64,000 bases of DNA. Origin: Moniliella sp. 'wahieum' (lineage: Eukaryota). The position numbers were made by a program, and so were the translations under genes. Shown piece by piece: positions 27,192 to 39,079 of the stretch. The first letter of the stretch is position 1. The number at the start of each line of letters is the position of its first letter. The notes under the pieces were generated by a model. The model was not told the DNA's origin. It worked only from the letters and a program-made list of their open reading frames with translations, and ran no database searches. The DNA is taken from positions 62,001 to 126,000 of the forward strand of contig RSEE01000062.1 in assembly GCA_003971905.1 (NCBI GenBank). Reading direction: 5' to 3'.

Positions 27192-29099
27192 ATGGCTACC
27201 CCCTCTACGCAACGCGCTCACGCACCTGCTGCGCACCCGGCACGCAGTGTTCGGGAAAACATCAACGGCCGAGACCAGTCGGTCATTTGCCTCGACAGCG
27301 ACGAGGATGCCCATGCTTCTTCTGCGCTTTCCCAGGCCGGTCCTGGTCCCATGGGCCGATCCGATGCGCCCCCTTCCCCCCCCTGGGCACTGAGGACGCT
27401 GGATTTAACCTCCGCCCGCTGCGGTTGCGGAACCTGCTGTGCCGGCCGGACCGCGGCGCTCGACGCGGACACGGGTAACGCGGTATGACCCCGCCACTTT
27501 CACATCTCCTCGGGAGCCACGGCCGCGTGCGCGCAAACGCGCAGCGGAGGACGACGCTCCTCCCGCGACCAAGCGTCTCGTGTGGCTGCTCAACATCCTC
27601 CTCCCCCCTCTGTTCCCTCTGTTCCTTCTGTTCCCTCTCGTCGCCCGGAACGCTGCGCACGGGAGTAGGTGCGGCGCGAATGGACGATCCCTCCTTCTCG
27701 CAAGCGAGTGTGAGTACCAGTGCCAAGCGCAAGCGCGGGAGCGATGTCGATACGCAAAACAAGATTGCTCGTACCACCCGTGCACACGTCCATGCCGATG
27801 CGCCCAACTCCCTCTCTTCCTTACCCTCCGTCACCTCTTCCTACCCTATCCCTCCCGTCCCGGCTACCACCTCCACCCGCGGTGCTGTGTCGGCCCATCA
27901 TACCCGCCCCCGGCGGATCAAGCCATTGCTTTTCCTCGGTACGTTGCACCCCCTTTCCCCTCCCCCTCCCCTTCCCTTGGGCTGCCGAAACTGACTTGCA
28001 AGGTAGAATGTTCTCTCCCCGGATGTCCCTCCCAAGACGGGTCTGCCGGTAGACGATGAAGAGGGCCACTTTATTGTTCGTTTGGGCGACAGTATCACGC
28101 CTCGGTTCAAGATTTTGTCTCAGCTGGGGCAGGGTACGTTTGGCAAGGTGGTGGAGTGTTTTGACCGAACGCAACGGACCCGGGTGGCAATCAAGGTGAT
28201 CCGGGCCGTTCAAAAGTACCGCGATGCGTCGCAGATTGAGATCCGTGTGTTGCGGACGTTGCGCGAGCACGATCCACGCAACGAAAATCGATGCCACCTC
28301 GTCTCGACGTTCACTACAAGAATCATGTTTGCATCGTTTCCGAGTGCTGTCCAAATCCGTGTTTGACTTTTTAAAGGAGAACGAGTTTCATCCGTTCCCT
28401 TCGACCCACATTTGGAGTTTTGCCAAACAACTGCTCAAGAGTGTCGCTTTCCTTCATTCCCTTCAACTCGTCCACACGGACCTTAAGCCTGAAAACATTC
28501 TTCTTGAGGATGCCGATTTTGTAACCAAGCCGTTCTTCCGCACTGCCAACTCGAAGCGGTGGAAGATCTCAAGAACACTGCTTCGCCTGATTGATTTTGG
28601 TTCGGCGACGTTAACGACGAGTACCATTCGGCCGTGGTCTCGACGCGGCACTACCGCGCTCCAGAGATCATGCTGGGCATGGGCTGGTCGTTCCCCTGCG
28701 ACGCATGGAGCATTGGGTGCATTCTCATCGAGTTCACACGGGCGATGCGCTGTTCCAGACGCACGACAACCTCGAGCACTTGGCTATGATGGAAGCTGTG
28801 CTAGGCCCTATGCCCGAACCTTTTCGTCAGCGTGCTGAACGGTCCAAGCCCGAGTGGTTCCGCCACGGTCGCCTTCACTTCCCCAACAGCCAAACGTCCC
28901 GCAACTCCCAACGCTACGTGCGCGGCATGAAGAAAATCGGTGACACCCTCACTTACCCAGGCGCGTACCATAAACCAAACATCCACTTCCTTCATCTTCT
29001 CCGTGTCTGCTCGAGTACGACCCAGCCAAGCGGATCACGGTGCACGATGCACTTCGGCACCCTTACTTTGACCTAAGCGCCAACGAGTTTCCCCCCTGA
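27192..29099 (+). CDS. LKH1: LAMMER dual-specificity kinase (Lkh1/Kns1/CLK family); probable intron starting ~27939; several frameshifts
   Basis: [47 protein letters not shown], and the signature [15 protein letters not shown]. Ends [13 protein letters not shown]. Confidence 0.95.
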
Positions 29100-29880
29100 C
29101 CGGGCGACCCGCGCAGAGGGATACGTCTCCCTGGCCGTTTGTATCATCTGCAATCTCAGCTCTCAGCTCTCAACTCTAACTCTTAACTCTCAGCGCTCAA
29201 CTCTAGCTCTCTGCTCTCTGCTCTCAGCTCTTAGCAGGGCCGTCGAGCCGGAGCGTGTGCTCTCCCTGTATCCTCCCCCCCGCCCCCTCGCGCTTCTCAT
29301 TTCCCTTCTCTTTCCTCCCCCGCGTTGACACTTGGCAGTGTATGGCTCAATGTATTCTACCCGTCTGGCTGCCGTTGCGTCTGGCTGGGCTGGAGCGAAT
29401 CCAGCTGGTTTGGTCGTGAGCTAGGGAGCGTCGGATGAACTGGAATTCATCGATGAAATGAGCCAATAGCAATGCCATCGGCTGTTGGACAGAAAGCGGC
29501 AGACGTCAGACGCGCCAGATGTCAGATGTCAGATCCGAAGGACGTTCAACTTGAACGCTCAATGTTCAACGTGGTGTTGTTGAGTTCATTGGTTCGCTAT
29601 CAGTATTAAGCACACGGCCGCCTGCGGCAGACTTCTACATTAAAAATTGAGTGGGGATTAGTCGATTAGAGAGTATCGATTAGGCCTTCGGCCTTAGGCG
29701 GCTGAGCACAGCCTAGCACCCCACTTACGGGTACTCTGGTTTGCAAGGCGGGTAAATTGCCGCGAAGGAGGGAGCGAGACAGGAACCGGTATAAAGCGGG
29801 CCAGGGCGTAGAATGAGGTAATGAGGTGGGGTGCATCGCCTTCAAGCTCCACTATCGACCATTCCTGCTTTGGCACCACC

Positions 29881-30896
29881 ATGTCGTTCCCCACTCAGCC
29901 CTTTTGGATCGAAACGGAAGACTGGCATACGGGGGGAGAGCCGTTCCGTGTGGTGGCCGACTTGCCGTCCTGGGCAGTGCCGGCTGGGACGACGGTAGCC
30001 GAACGACGGAAAAACAGCAATGGCGGGCCACCATCCGCTGGATACGCTGCGGCAAGCGTTGGCCCACGAACCCTGTGGCCATGCTGACATGTACGGTGGG
30101 TTCCTGGTACCCCCGCGGAGGGGCGGATCTGGGCGTGCTCTTCTTCCACAAAGATGGGTTCTCCACCGCCTGTGGCCACGGGACGATCGCACTGGGTTGT
30201 GGGCGGTGCGGCACGGTAAAGTGGCCGTCGAGGAAGGCAGGACGGACGTGACGATTGATGTGCCGTCGGTCGGGTGGTGGCACGGGTACGTGTGAGGCGC
30301 CAAGCAAAGAGGCCGAGTTTGTCAATGTGCCTTCGTACCCCATCGCATGGCATCTGCCCCTCCACCTCCCTTCGGCCCGCACCAGCTCACCGTCGACCTG
30401 GCCTACGGGGGGTGTATGCGGTGTGTGCGGCAGGCGAGGCAGGTGTGCAGCTTACCCCGGCCGGCGTGGACCGCGCCATCGAGCGAGGACGGGAGATCAA
30501 GGCGGCCCTACGGACCTTACGAGAGGAGAGGTGTACGGCACGATCTTTGTCGAGGACCACTCGGACCCGGCCGAGGCAACGGGCGTAGTACGGCAGACGA
30601 ATGTGGTCATCTTTGCTGATGGCCAGGTGGACCGGTCGCCGTGTGGGTCGGGCACGTCGGCGCGCGTGGCGCAGCTGGTGGCGCAAGGCCGGCTCCGGAC
30701 GGGGGGCAAGTTGGTGCATACCTCGGTGGTGGGCTCGACGTTTGAGGCGTGGTGGAAGCGGGGGGGCGGGGAAAAGGGGGAGCGGGGGAAAAGGGGGGTG
30801 GTGCCGTGTGTCAAAGGAACGGCGCACCTGGTGGGACAGATGAGGTTCTACTTGGACCCACACGCGCCGCTTTTCCCAGGCTTTGTTCTGCGCTGA
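29881..30896 (+). CDS. Proline racemase / hydroxyproline epimerase family protein, apparently intronless; several frameshifts
   Basis: DWHTGGEPFRVV, EPCGHADMYGG, FSTACGHGTIALG, NVPSY, VDLAYGG, IFADGQVDRSPCGSGTSAR and C-terminal GFVLR*. Confidence 0.92.
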
Positions 30897-31259
30897 GCGT
30901 GGGGGCAAAGAAGGCAGAAGAATGCGAATGGCACAGGCAAGCCCAGCGCCTATATCCACCACGTAGCAGCAGCAATCATAGCAGCCTGTCCTGAACTCCA
31001 GCCGATTTTCAACGATCAAGCTTCACGCTCAAGCTTCAAGTTGGGTCGCGCGATCCTCGGCCTGGCAGCGTTACCTAATCGCCCCACACCGCCGCATGCG
31101 CCCTGGGACGCTGCGCGGGCAAGCACCCGACACAGGCTGGGTAGATCTGGCGTCGGGCTCGCCTCGGCTGTCCGTCTCTGCGCCCAGCGCCGCGCCTGGG
31201 CAGCCCAACGCTGCTCACTCCGACCGATCGTGGGAGCTGCGCTGCGTCTTCTCCTCGCG

Positions 31260-31854
31260 ATGGGCATTGCGCTCTCCACCCTCTGGAGCTCCCTCTTTGG
31301 CACCAAAGATCTCAAGGGTGAGTCCGTCCCCGCCCTCCCCCGCCTCGGCTTGCGTTGCCACCCCGACTGACCAGCCCCTTAGTCTGCATTCTCGGTCTGG
31401 ACAATGCGGCAAGACGACGCTCATGTACCGCATGACCTTGGGCCAGGTCGTAGCCACTGCCCCTACGATCGGATCGCAGGTGGAGGACTTTGAGTACAAG
31501 GGCATTCGCTTCACGCTGTTTGACGTGGGTGGCCAGACGTCCCGCGCGCCTCGTGGGGTGCCTACCTGGCCGGTGCGAGCGCCGTGATCTTTGTGGTTGA
31601 TGCGACCGACCAGGCTCGGATGGGGCTGGCCGGGAAGACTGCATCACCTTGTGGCGGAAGATGTCGGGGCCGGGGTACCGGTGCTGTTTTGCCAACAAGC
31701 AGGATGTGCCGGCGGCCCTGACGCCACCGATCTCTTTCCGCCCTGCACTGCCCACCCTGTCTGTTTCCTGTCACATCCAACCTTCGTCCGCAACTACAGG
31801 TCAGGCGTTTTGGACGGCCTCGACTGGCTGGCAGCCCAATTGGGCTCGAACTAG
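31260..31854 (+). CDS. ARL5: ARF-like small GTPase, ARL5-like; intron 31318..31382; frameshifts
   Basis: Myristoylation-type MGIALSTLWSSLF start, ILGLDNA-GKTT P-loop, ARL5-type PTIGSQVE, DVGGQ, IFVVDA and ANKQD. Confidence 0.85.
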
Positions 31855-32884
31855 TCCCCCCTTCGCCCTTTCTCCTAGCTTCTCCCTTGGTCATTCTTGT
31901 ACACCCTTGTTGCTGTCGGTCCCCCACCTACTTGTTCCCCGACCAATCGATACCAGGTACACGTTACCAACCCCATAGAGCCATGCCCAAGGCCAACTGA
32001 ATCGCACCTCGCCATCAAGGCACGCACCGCCTTCGTATCCACCAGTCCTATCGGCGGTTCCTCCGCTACTGGTCGGGTGCAATCGGAGAGATACCTGGTC
32101 AAAGGCTGAAACGAAAGTGTTTCCAAGACCACCAATTATATGGCTCTAGAGGCTCCACGGGCCCTGCTCTTCGCCCTCCCAACCAGTACGCCTGGCCCCG
32201 GCCTTGTGCAGATCCACAGCCAACAAGTCCCAACTTGAACGTAAGCCACCGCAGACGCGTGGACGCGTCTCTTGCCCGAACGTATCGCTGCCAGGGTATG
32301 AGAGAGTAGCGACACGGGATAGTTATTTGCTGTTCGCTCACTGCCAGTATACTTGCGTCAATCGTCTCTCGTATATATGTGGTGGGAGCTTCCACCGCAA
32401 AGCGGGACGTGGCCACCAGCGGCGCAAGAACAGTCAGCTGTGATGGCTGAAAATGGTCCATGATGCACGCTAAGGACCAATGACCGACTCGCTCCGACTC
32501 GCCTTTCCTCTTCCTCTTGCTGGTTCTCAGCCGGCCCAACCGGCAGGCCGGGGGTCTACGGGCGAAATGGCAGGCAACTATGCCTAGGTAGAAAAGGGTG
32601 AGCGCTCAGGCTGCCCCTAGTCTTTGTCACGAGCAACTAAAGCAGGGCATAGTGCTCCTCAAGGAGGATAGGGAGACCAACAGAGGGATGTGTCAACTAG
32701 TCCAGTGGGCAATCCATTCCTGAAGGGGCGGGGAGGTATAGAGGGCAAGGTGCAAAGCAGAGCAGCGCTTGATGGACGCAGGGAGGTGCAAGGTGGTATC
32801 GATGGTAGATCTTGCACCAGGACGCAAAGGGGGAGGAGGGGGGAGTACTTTTTTGGGCGATCCTCCCGTGCGCCAAGAAGAGGG

Positions 32885-33316
32885 TTACATGATGGTGCAC
32901 TCGCACATTGCGGCCTGCTGTGGCGCTACGGATCGTCCTTCTTATCGGGCAGGCCCCAGACCGACGGAACAAGCGGGTCGTGGGTTTTTTGGCAGTATCC
33001 GATCAGCCTGGACAAGCGGTAGCTAGTTAACGTGTGCCCGTGGCGCCCCGACACAAACACGGGATAGGTGGGGTAGGTGGGGTAGGTGGGGGAGGTGGGG
33101 GAGGTGGGGAGGTGGGGGGTGGGGGAGGTGGGGGAGGTGGGGGAGATGGGGGAGGTGGGGGAGATGGGGGGGCAAGGGCAGGGGGGACGTACGAGGCGCT
33201 GGCCTCGGATACTTTGATCCGGCGCCGGCTCAGCTCTCTTGGAGCCGCGCATTGTTTTCGGTCAGACGGCGGAGCTTCATCTCGGCCACATTCTGATTGC
33301 GTGGAAGCGCCGACAT
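32885..33316 (-). CDS. Heterotrimeric G-protein gamma subunit (Ste18/Gpg1 family), 2 exons; not called as a unit by the ORF track
   Basis: Exon 1 MSALPRNQNVAEMKLRRLTENNARLQE.LSRRRIKVSEASA, intron 33192..33008 (GTACGT...CAG), exon 2 SLIGYCQKTHDPLVPSVWGLPDKKDDP.APQQAAMCECTIM* ending in CaaX box CTIM. Two single-base deletions must be assumed. Confidence 0.93.
33066..33172. repeat. G-rich 9-bp minisatellite (AGGTGGGG[G/T])n inside the G-gamma intron
   Basis: About 12 imperfect tandem units read directly from the sequence. Confidence 0.9.
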
Positions 33317-34267
33317 GGTGGCCGCTGTGTTGGAAAGGCGCAATGGGGTGGGATGGGGGGGGTGGGGTGGCGATGGCACTTGCCAGATAGTGACTAGTGA
33401 CTCTGGCCCTGGCGATGGCCACCCGCCCTCGTGCGGCTACCCGACTTGCTCCCTCCCCCCAGAACGCGAACACAAGCGGAGCGCGGATTACTTCAGCGCG
33501 CCTCCTCACTCGCCCTGTACCTGTGCCTGGCAAGTGTGAAACGTTCATCCCGCAGGGGGGCGCAGGCGCTTGATCTGCATCATGCATCACATGTCACATG
33601 TCACGCATCGTCCACATGGCTGTTACGCGTTACGTAGCCACCGAAAACCTTCGCCCTCTCCAATCTCACCTTGGAGGCACCATAGCTGCCGGAACGATGG
33701 AGCCTCCGCTTTGCCCCCGTTGCAATGTCAGAGCGCTTGCCGACCAGCCGGAGCATGAGCATGATCATGATGCATGACGTTTCAATGTGACAGGAAGTGA
33801 TGCCAGCAGTCCGTCGAATGCTCATGCGCTCATGGACCCTGATCAAGTCAATGAGGCCTGAGAATGAATGGTTCCCATTCAAGAATGAGTACTCACTGAA
33901 TACTGAGTGTACTGAGTGAGCAAACATGGATTGCCCATGGGCCTGATCTGCCATCGGCAGCACCACCCAACACGCCTTATAACGCGTCTAACCTGGAAAG
34001 GCTCAAAGGCCCCGCTGGTCCAGCGATATGGCCGCTTCTGTTGCCCGCGCATCGAGCACGGCCATGAGACAGCAATTACGTCAAGCAGCCTGCGGCGCCA
34101 TCCATGTCATCCTTGCCGTATCCATCATCGGTCATCCGCTTATTAGTGAGACGATCCGCTCATCACAGGCAGCCAAGGCTCAGTCGCTCATCAAAGCATC
34201 AAATCCCATCCCATCCCATCCATCCACAACCATCCCCATCCGCATCTCCATGCCCCCCACCCCCACC

Positions 34268-35634
34268 ATGCGTCTGGCCCTCGCCTCCCGTCTGCCACGC
34301 ACACCCTCCGCCCTGGCCAGCAAGCCCATCCTTCGCCCCATCCCACCTCCTTGCTCGCCCGCCCCGCTGCCCCGTCGTCCCAATGGCGCTCCCTCAGCTC
34401 CTCCACTGCCACCTCGCCTCCGCCCGCGCCGCCGCCGGCCGATCCCAAGACCGCCGTGCCACCAGAGGTCCCTACAACGCCCTCGTCCCCCGCCGAATCT
34501 CCTGTTCCAATCCCGTCTGCGCCGCCGAGACGCGCGATGCTCTATGTGCCGGGCAGCTCGGAAAAGATGATTAAGCGGGTACGTCCCTATCTCCTTTTGG
34601 TGCGCCTCCGCTCACTCCCTCGCCCCTTCCCATCAGGCTCTTGGGTTGCAGGTCGATGCCCTGATCTTTGATCTCGAGGATAGCGTCGCAATGCACCGAA
34701 AGAACGTGGCCCGAGAGACGGTCATGTATGCCCTGGGGGTACGTTGGGCCTTGCGTTGTCGTACGTAGTAATTCAGCTGATCTCCCTTTTTGGATCCACA
34801 GGCTGCGCCCCGTCCTGGACCGGAACTTTGGTGCGGATCAACCCGCCTTCGGGGGACGCATCGCTCGCGCAAGATGATTTGGAGGTGGTGCTGCCCTCGA
34901 CCCAGCTGCAGGCCTGCTTCTGCCCAAAGTCGAAAGCGCCAATGATATTCGTATGGTTATCGAGCGGGCAGAGAGCCTGCGTCCTAACTTGGAGTGCGTT
35001 CTCTCCCTCTCATGTTGATGGTACCTAACAACGAACATTGTATGAGCAGTGTGCATCCTCCTTTATCGCTCGTGCTTTCCATTGAGTCGGCCGCCTCGCT
35101 GCTGAACATGCAAAGCATTCTGCAAGAAGTTCGGTCCTGGGGAAAGTCGCATGTTGCCTACGTATCGGCGCTGTTGTTCGCAAGTGAAGACTACTGTGCG
35201 TCGACGGGCATCGTGCGGACCAAGTCTCGTCGCGAACTGCTCTTCCCGCGCGCACAGATGGCCACGATCGCCAAGGCTCACCAGCTAGAAGCGATCGACA
35301 TGGTATGCGTCGACTACAAAGACGAGGCGTACTAGTGGAAGAGTGTCGTGATGGCCGTGAGTTGGGGTACGATGGTAAGCAGGCCATTCACCCGTCTCAA
35401 GTGGCCACCATCCACCACGCCTTTTCCCCTTCGGAAAGCGACATTCTCTGGGCGCGCGCATCAAGCATGCCTACCTCGAATCGGTACGGAACAATCGCGG
35501 GGCAGTGGGGTTGCAGCAGGGCGAATCGATGGTGATGATCGACGCTCCGATGCTCAAGCAGGCTGAATCTACCTTGAGCAGAGCTCAGGCCGCTGCCTTG
35601 CCCATCCCCGATGTTCCCCACGAAAGAAGCGTAG
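34268..35634 (+). CDS. Citrate lyase beta subunit-like (CitE/CLYBL) protein, probable mitochondrial presequence; introns ~34579-34651 and ~34739-34801; stop uncertain
   Basis: RRAMLYVPGSSEKMI, DALIFDLEDSVA, LVRINPP, PKVES, IESAA, LFASEDYCA, AIDMVC, GYDGKQAIHPSQV and MIDAPM. The N-terminus is Arg/Leu/Ser-rich. Confidence 0.9.
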
Positions 35635-35666
35635 GCGGTACCGCTCGTCTCAAGAAGGATGACAAT

Positions 35667-35728
35667 CCACGTCCACGTTTGCGTCCACGTCTGCGTCCAC
35701 GTCTGCGTCCACGTCTGCGTCCACGTCT
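35667..35728. repeat. 12-bp tandem repeat (CCACGTCTGCGT)n just after or at the end of the CitE-like gene
   Basis: About 4.5 near-perfect copies. Confidence 0.85.
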
Positions 35729-36578
35729 ACCACCGCTCCCATATCTGTTCATGCTTCAATGGAATCGGCACTTGTACCTGACATGGTATCGTTCACATGT
35801 ATCGGGGGGGCAAAAAGGGACAGATAGCAGGGCCTAAAGACCTGTTCAGCCGCTCCCTTTGATCTTCCGTCTGTAGAGAGAAGAGTTCCCCCGCGAGCTC
35901 GGACGAAGGTCACAGGGCGTCTACCGTACCCCCATTCCCAGAAAGTACTGGGAAACGTAGACGCAACGCATAGACACGTTCTAGTGAGCGCAAGCACCAG
36001 CCATCTGGAACGTTGGCACGTCATTTCCCCTTCTCGGCTATAGTACCCCCATGTTTCCCCCCACCAGCGCCGCATCCTAATACGAAAGCTGGACATTCCA
36101 TTGGAAGGCACTCGTATCGGGCATCTGCCAGACGACCGACCCAAGCAAGGCCATGGATCCATAGACCCGTCCCAAATCCGATGTTCTAGGCCGAGCCACA
36201 GAGAGCTCAGCCGCCCTTCACACAGCAGAGAGGGGTACTCGTTCGCCTCGGCATTTTCCCGCTAGTGTCCCTGGGGGGCTTGGCCAGGTCTAGTACAGGA
36301 CAGAGAACCACAATGGGCCCGAATCAAGGAAGTCAAGGGGTGCGACTGCCAAAAAAGCCCTCCGAGTCTCGATGCGTTGACCAGCATCCCTGGACATCTT
36401 ACTCGCTTCCGCCTACTACAAAAAATCTATCTTGGTACTAGACAATGCTTCCAATAAGAGTTGATGCAGTTGTGGGCCCAGGCTGAACAAAATGATGACC
36501 AAGTCACTAGGCAAGAATACAGGATCAGGACCCACGTCCCCAATGGCTTTACAGTGACCAAGGTAAGCCCAGCGCAGG

Positions 36579-38863
36579 TCAGCGACGATGTACGCCCCGC
36601 TGCACGTTCCGCGCGTGGTCCGTTTCTTGTGCCCGAGCGCCTTGGGCGCCTCTCTTCCCTGGGGCAAGAACTCGTCGGGCCAATCGAGAAAGGGGGCCAA
36701 CGAAATTGGGGTACCAGCCAAGGAAAGTTCTGGCAGCCCTTGGGCGCGGTCGTAGCGCCACCATTGTCGTCGGGCCAACCAGAAGGATGCGCGGCACTCG
36801 GGCGCATCTAGAAAGGCCCATACAGGTGTCGAAAGCGAAGGGCCGGCCGTGACGAGGCCGAGGTCGTTCCCAGCAGCCACGAGGAGATCCGGTGGGATCG
36901 GGGTCAGGAGCTGTACCGCCTCGATTCCGGCTGGACCTACCTCGACTGCCCGGATCAGGCCCAGACCCAAACATTCAGAGTGCGATGCATACCGCGGATC
37001 GCCCGCTGACCTGATCACGCCAACCAAGCGAGCATTGATCTCGGTCGCGGTGCCATGCGTGCGACCCGCATGAAGAGGAAGGTGAATTCCTCGAGGGAGG
37101 GCGTGGGAAGACGAGCGACCAGGGGGGACGGGCAAGGAGCGGGATGGAAAAGTCCCAGGATGGAAGGGGCGGGTAGGACCAGCATAGTGGGTAAGGAAGA
37201 GATATGACATGATTCCCAAAGCCCGAGAGTAGGCTGCAAAGTGGACACCTTCTTTCTTCCGTGGGCTGGGACAGTGAGCAGAGCCTGTTTGTTGACCCCA
37301 AGCTCGGCAGGGGTGAGCTGATTAACGTCTCCCTTTCCATCCGAGACACAGATCAGGTGAGTGGGTCGGGTAAGCTGGGCCAACTCCCGCTCCAAGTCGG
37401 CACCTAGACCCTTGGTCCCCCATGTGTGTTGACCACCAAGGGCATCCGCGTTTGTCCTCCCAGTTGAGGAGCGACGTCCGACTTCCATTTCCTCCGTTTT
37501 CCTTCCCTGGAAACTGGAAACCGGGGCCGGACGCCCGAGGCAAAGGGACTGGTACAACTGCACCAAGTCCTTGGCCGCGTCGAGGTAGGACCGGGGATCA
37601 TCTTGTCCACTGGACGTGCCAAGCCAATGGGCACGGCGTGGCATGTGCAGCGTCGTCCACCGAGGACCGACAAAACTTCCTCCTCGGCTCAAACATGTGC
37701 AAAGCCACTTGACCAGGAGGACCAAACTCGGGCTGGCCCGGATCGAGATCAAGAAAAGCAACGGGTCGGTGGAGCTGGTACGAAGCGCAGTGAGTAGCCT
37801 TCGCGCCATAGTCGATTTCCCTGCCCCCTTGGGGCCGTGGAGAAGGACGATGGGAGGATCGGGGTGGGAGACCACTTTGTTTTGGACCACATCCCATTCG
37901 ACATCCTCCTTCACCGAGCGCAATTTTCCGTACACAGAGTTCTTCCCTCCAGTGCGTAACGGCGCTGTGAATCGCTCGTGCACTGGCACAAACAGGGGCT
38001 TGACCAATTGCTTCGCATCTGAACCCGCAGGAATGGGCCAGTCAAATGGCGAAGGCGAGCAAGGGGCACCGTCCGCCGTCTGTGGCGCCACTCCCAATGC
38101 AATTGGACAGACAAGACCAATTTGTTCCAACCCCACCGTTCCTGGCTGGAAAGGAGTGACCCGGATGGTGCAGGCAAACATGCTTTTGTTCCAGTTTTCC
38201 GGTAACGTGGCCGAGGGAAGCTTGGAATGCTTCTTTTCTGTGCTGGAAACCAGAACAGGAACAGGAGCGGAGCGGGGACAGACGAGATTGATCGCTTGAG
38301 GCGCAGAGAGCGGGACCATCCAAGAAGGCGTGGCCTGCCAGGAGTTGAATGCGGGCCATGCCAACGAACGCAAACCGCTCCCCCGGCGCCAACCCCAGAA
38401 CAAAGGAGGCACCCTCATCAATGCAGTTTCGCTTGGCACCACCAAAGTGAACAGAGAACGTGCTGAGTGGTTCGTCATCTTCCTGCTGCACAGCCTCGTC
38501 TTCGTCGGAAGAGGACGCCGACTCGGCCGCCGCATCCTCCTCCGAGTCGGAGTCCGAGTCCGAGTCTTTGCTGGCCCGATGGCTGTCGGACCGGGCCAAA
38601 ACACGCCGCTTTTTGATACTGCGTTCCTCGTCCTGCTCGGTGGGAGGAGATTGGGTGGATGGGGCGGCAGGGCTGGGGAGGTCGGCTGTGCTGGACTGCG
38701 AGGTGCGGGGCCTCTTGGACGTGGCAGCGGGATCCGACGAGGAGGCCAGGGGCGCAGGGCGGGCCGCAATCGACACGAGCGGTGCATCGACACCGTTGGC
38801 TGGGCTGTCCTTCTTTGCCTGGGCGGCACGCAGCCGGCGGGCCTCGATGGCACTGATGGCCAT
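36579..38863 (-). CDS. GRC3: Polynucleotide 5'-hydroxyl-kinase GRC3/NOL9 (pre-rRNA processing); several frameshifts
   Basis: Start MAISAIEARR, Walker A HGPKGAGKST, FLDLDPGQPEFGPPG, LVVNT.GW.KGLG, CLGLGLIRAV and a basic C-terminus ...RNVQRGVHRR*. Confidence 0.9.
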
Positions 38864-39079
38864 GATGGTGTTAGTGGGGTCGGGCGGTGGGAGCGGCGGC
38901 CGCCGCCCCGGCACCCAGGAGCCCTGCCTGGACTGGACTTTGTCTGGCCCAAAAAAAAAGGCTGGCGGAATCGGCGGCGCAGACCCAAAGAATGCGTTCC
39001 GCCCGGCTGCACCCAGAACCACCGATTTCAGATTTCAGCCTTCAGCTGTCCGACTGGGATTGCACATTTCAGATCTGCA

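Noticed and set aside
33027..33590. Poly-Pro / poly-Gly ORFs
   Set aside because: These are translations of the intronic G-rich minisatellite of the G-gamma gene.
29881..35634. Metabolic gene cluster (racemase plus CitE-like lyase)
   Set aside because: The two genes are separated by unrelated housekeeping genes (ARL5, G-gamma). No backbone enzyme, transporter or regulator supports a cluster.
36313..36811. Possible small plus-strand gene converging on GRC3
   Set aside because: Short, interrupted, overlaps the GRC3 3' end and has no recognisable homology.
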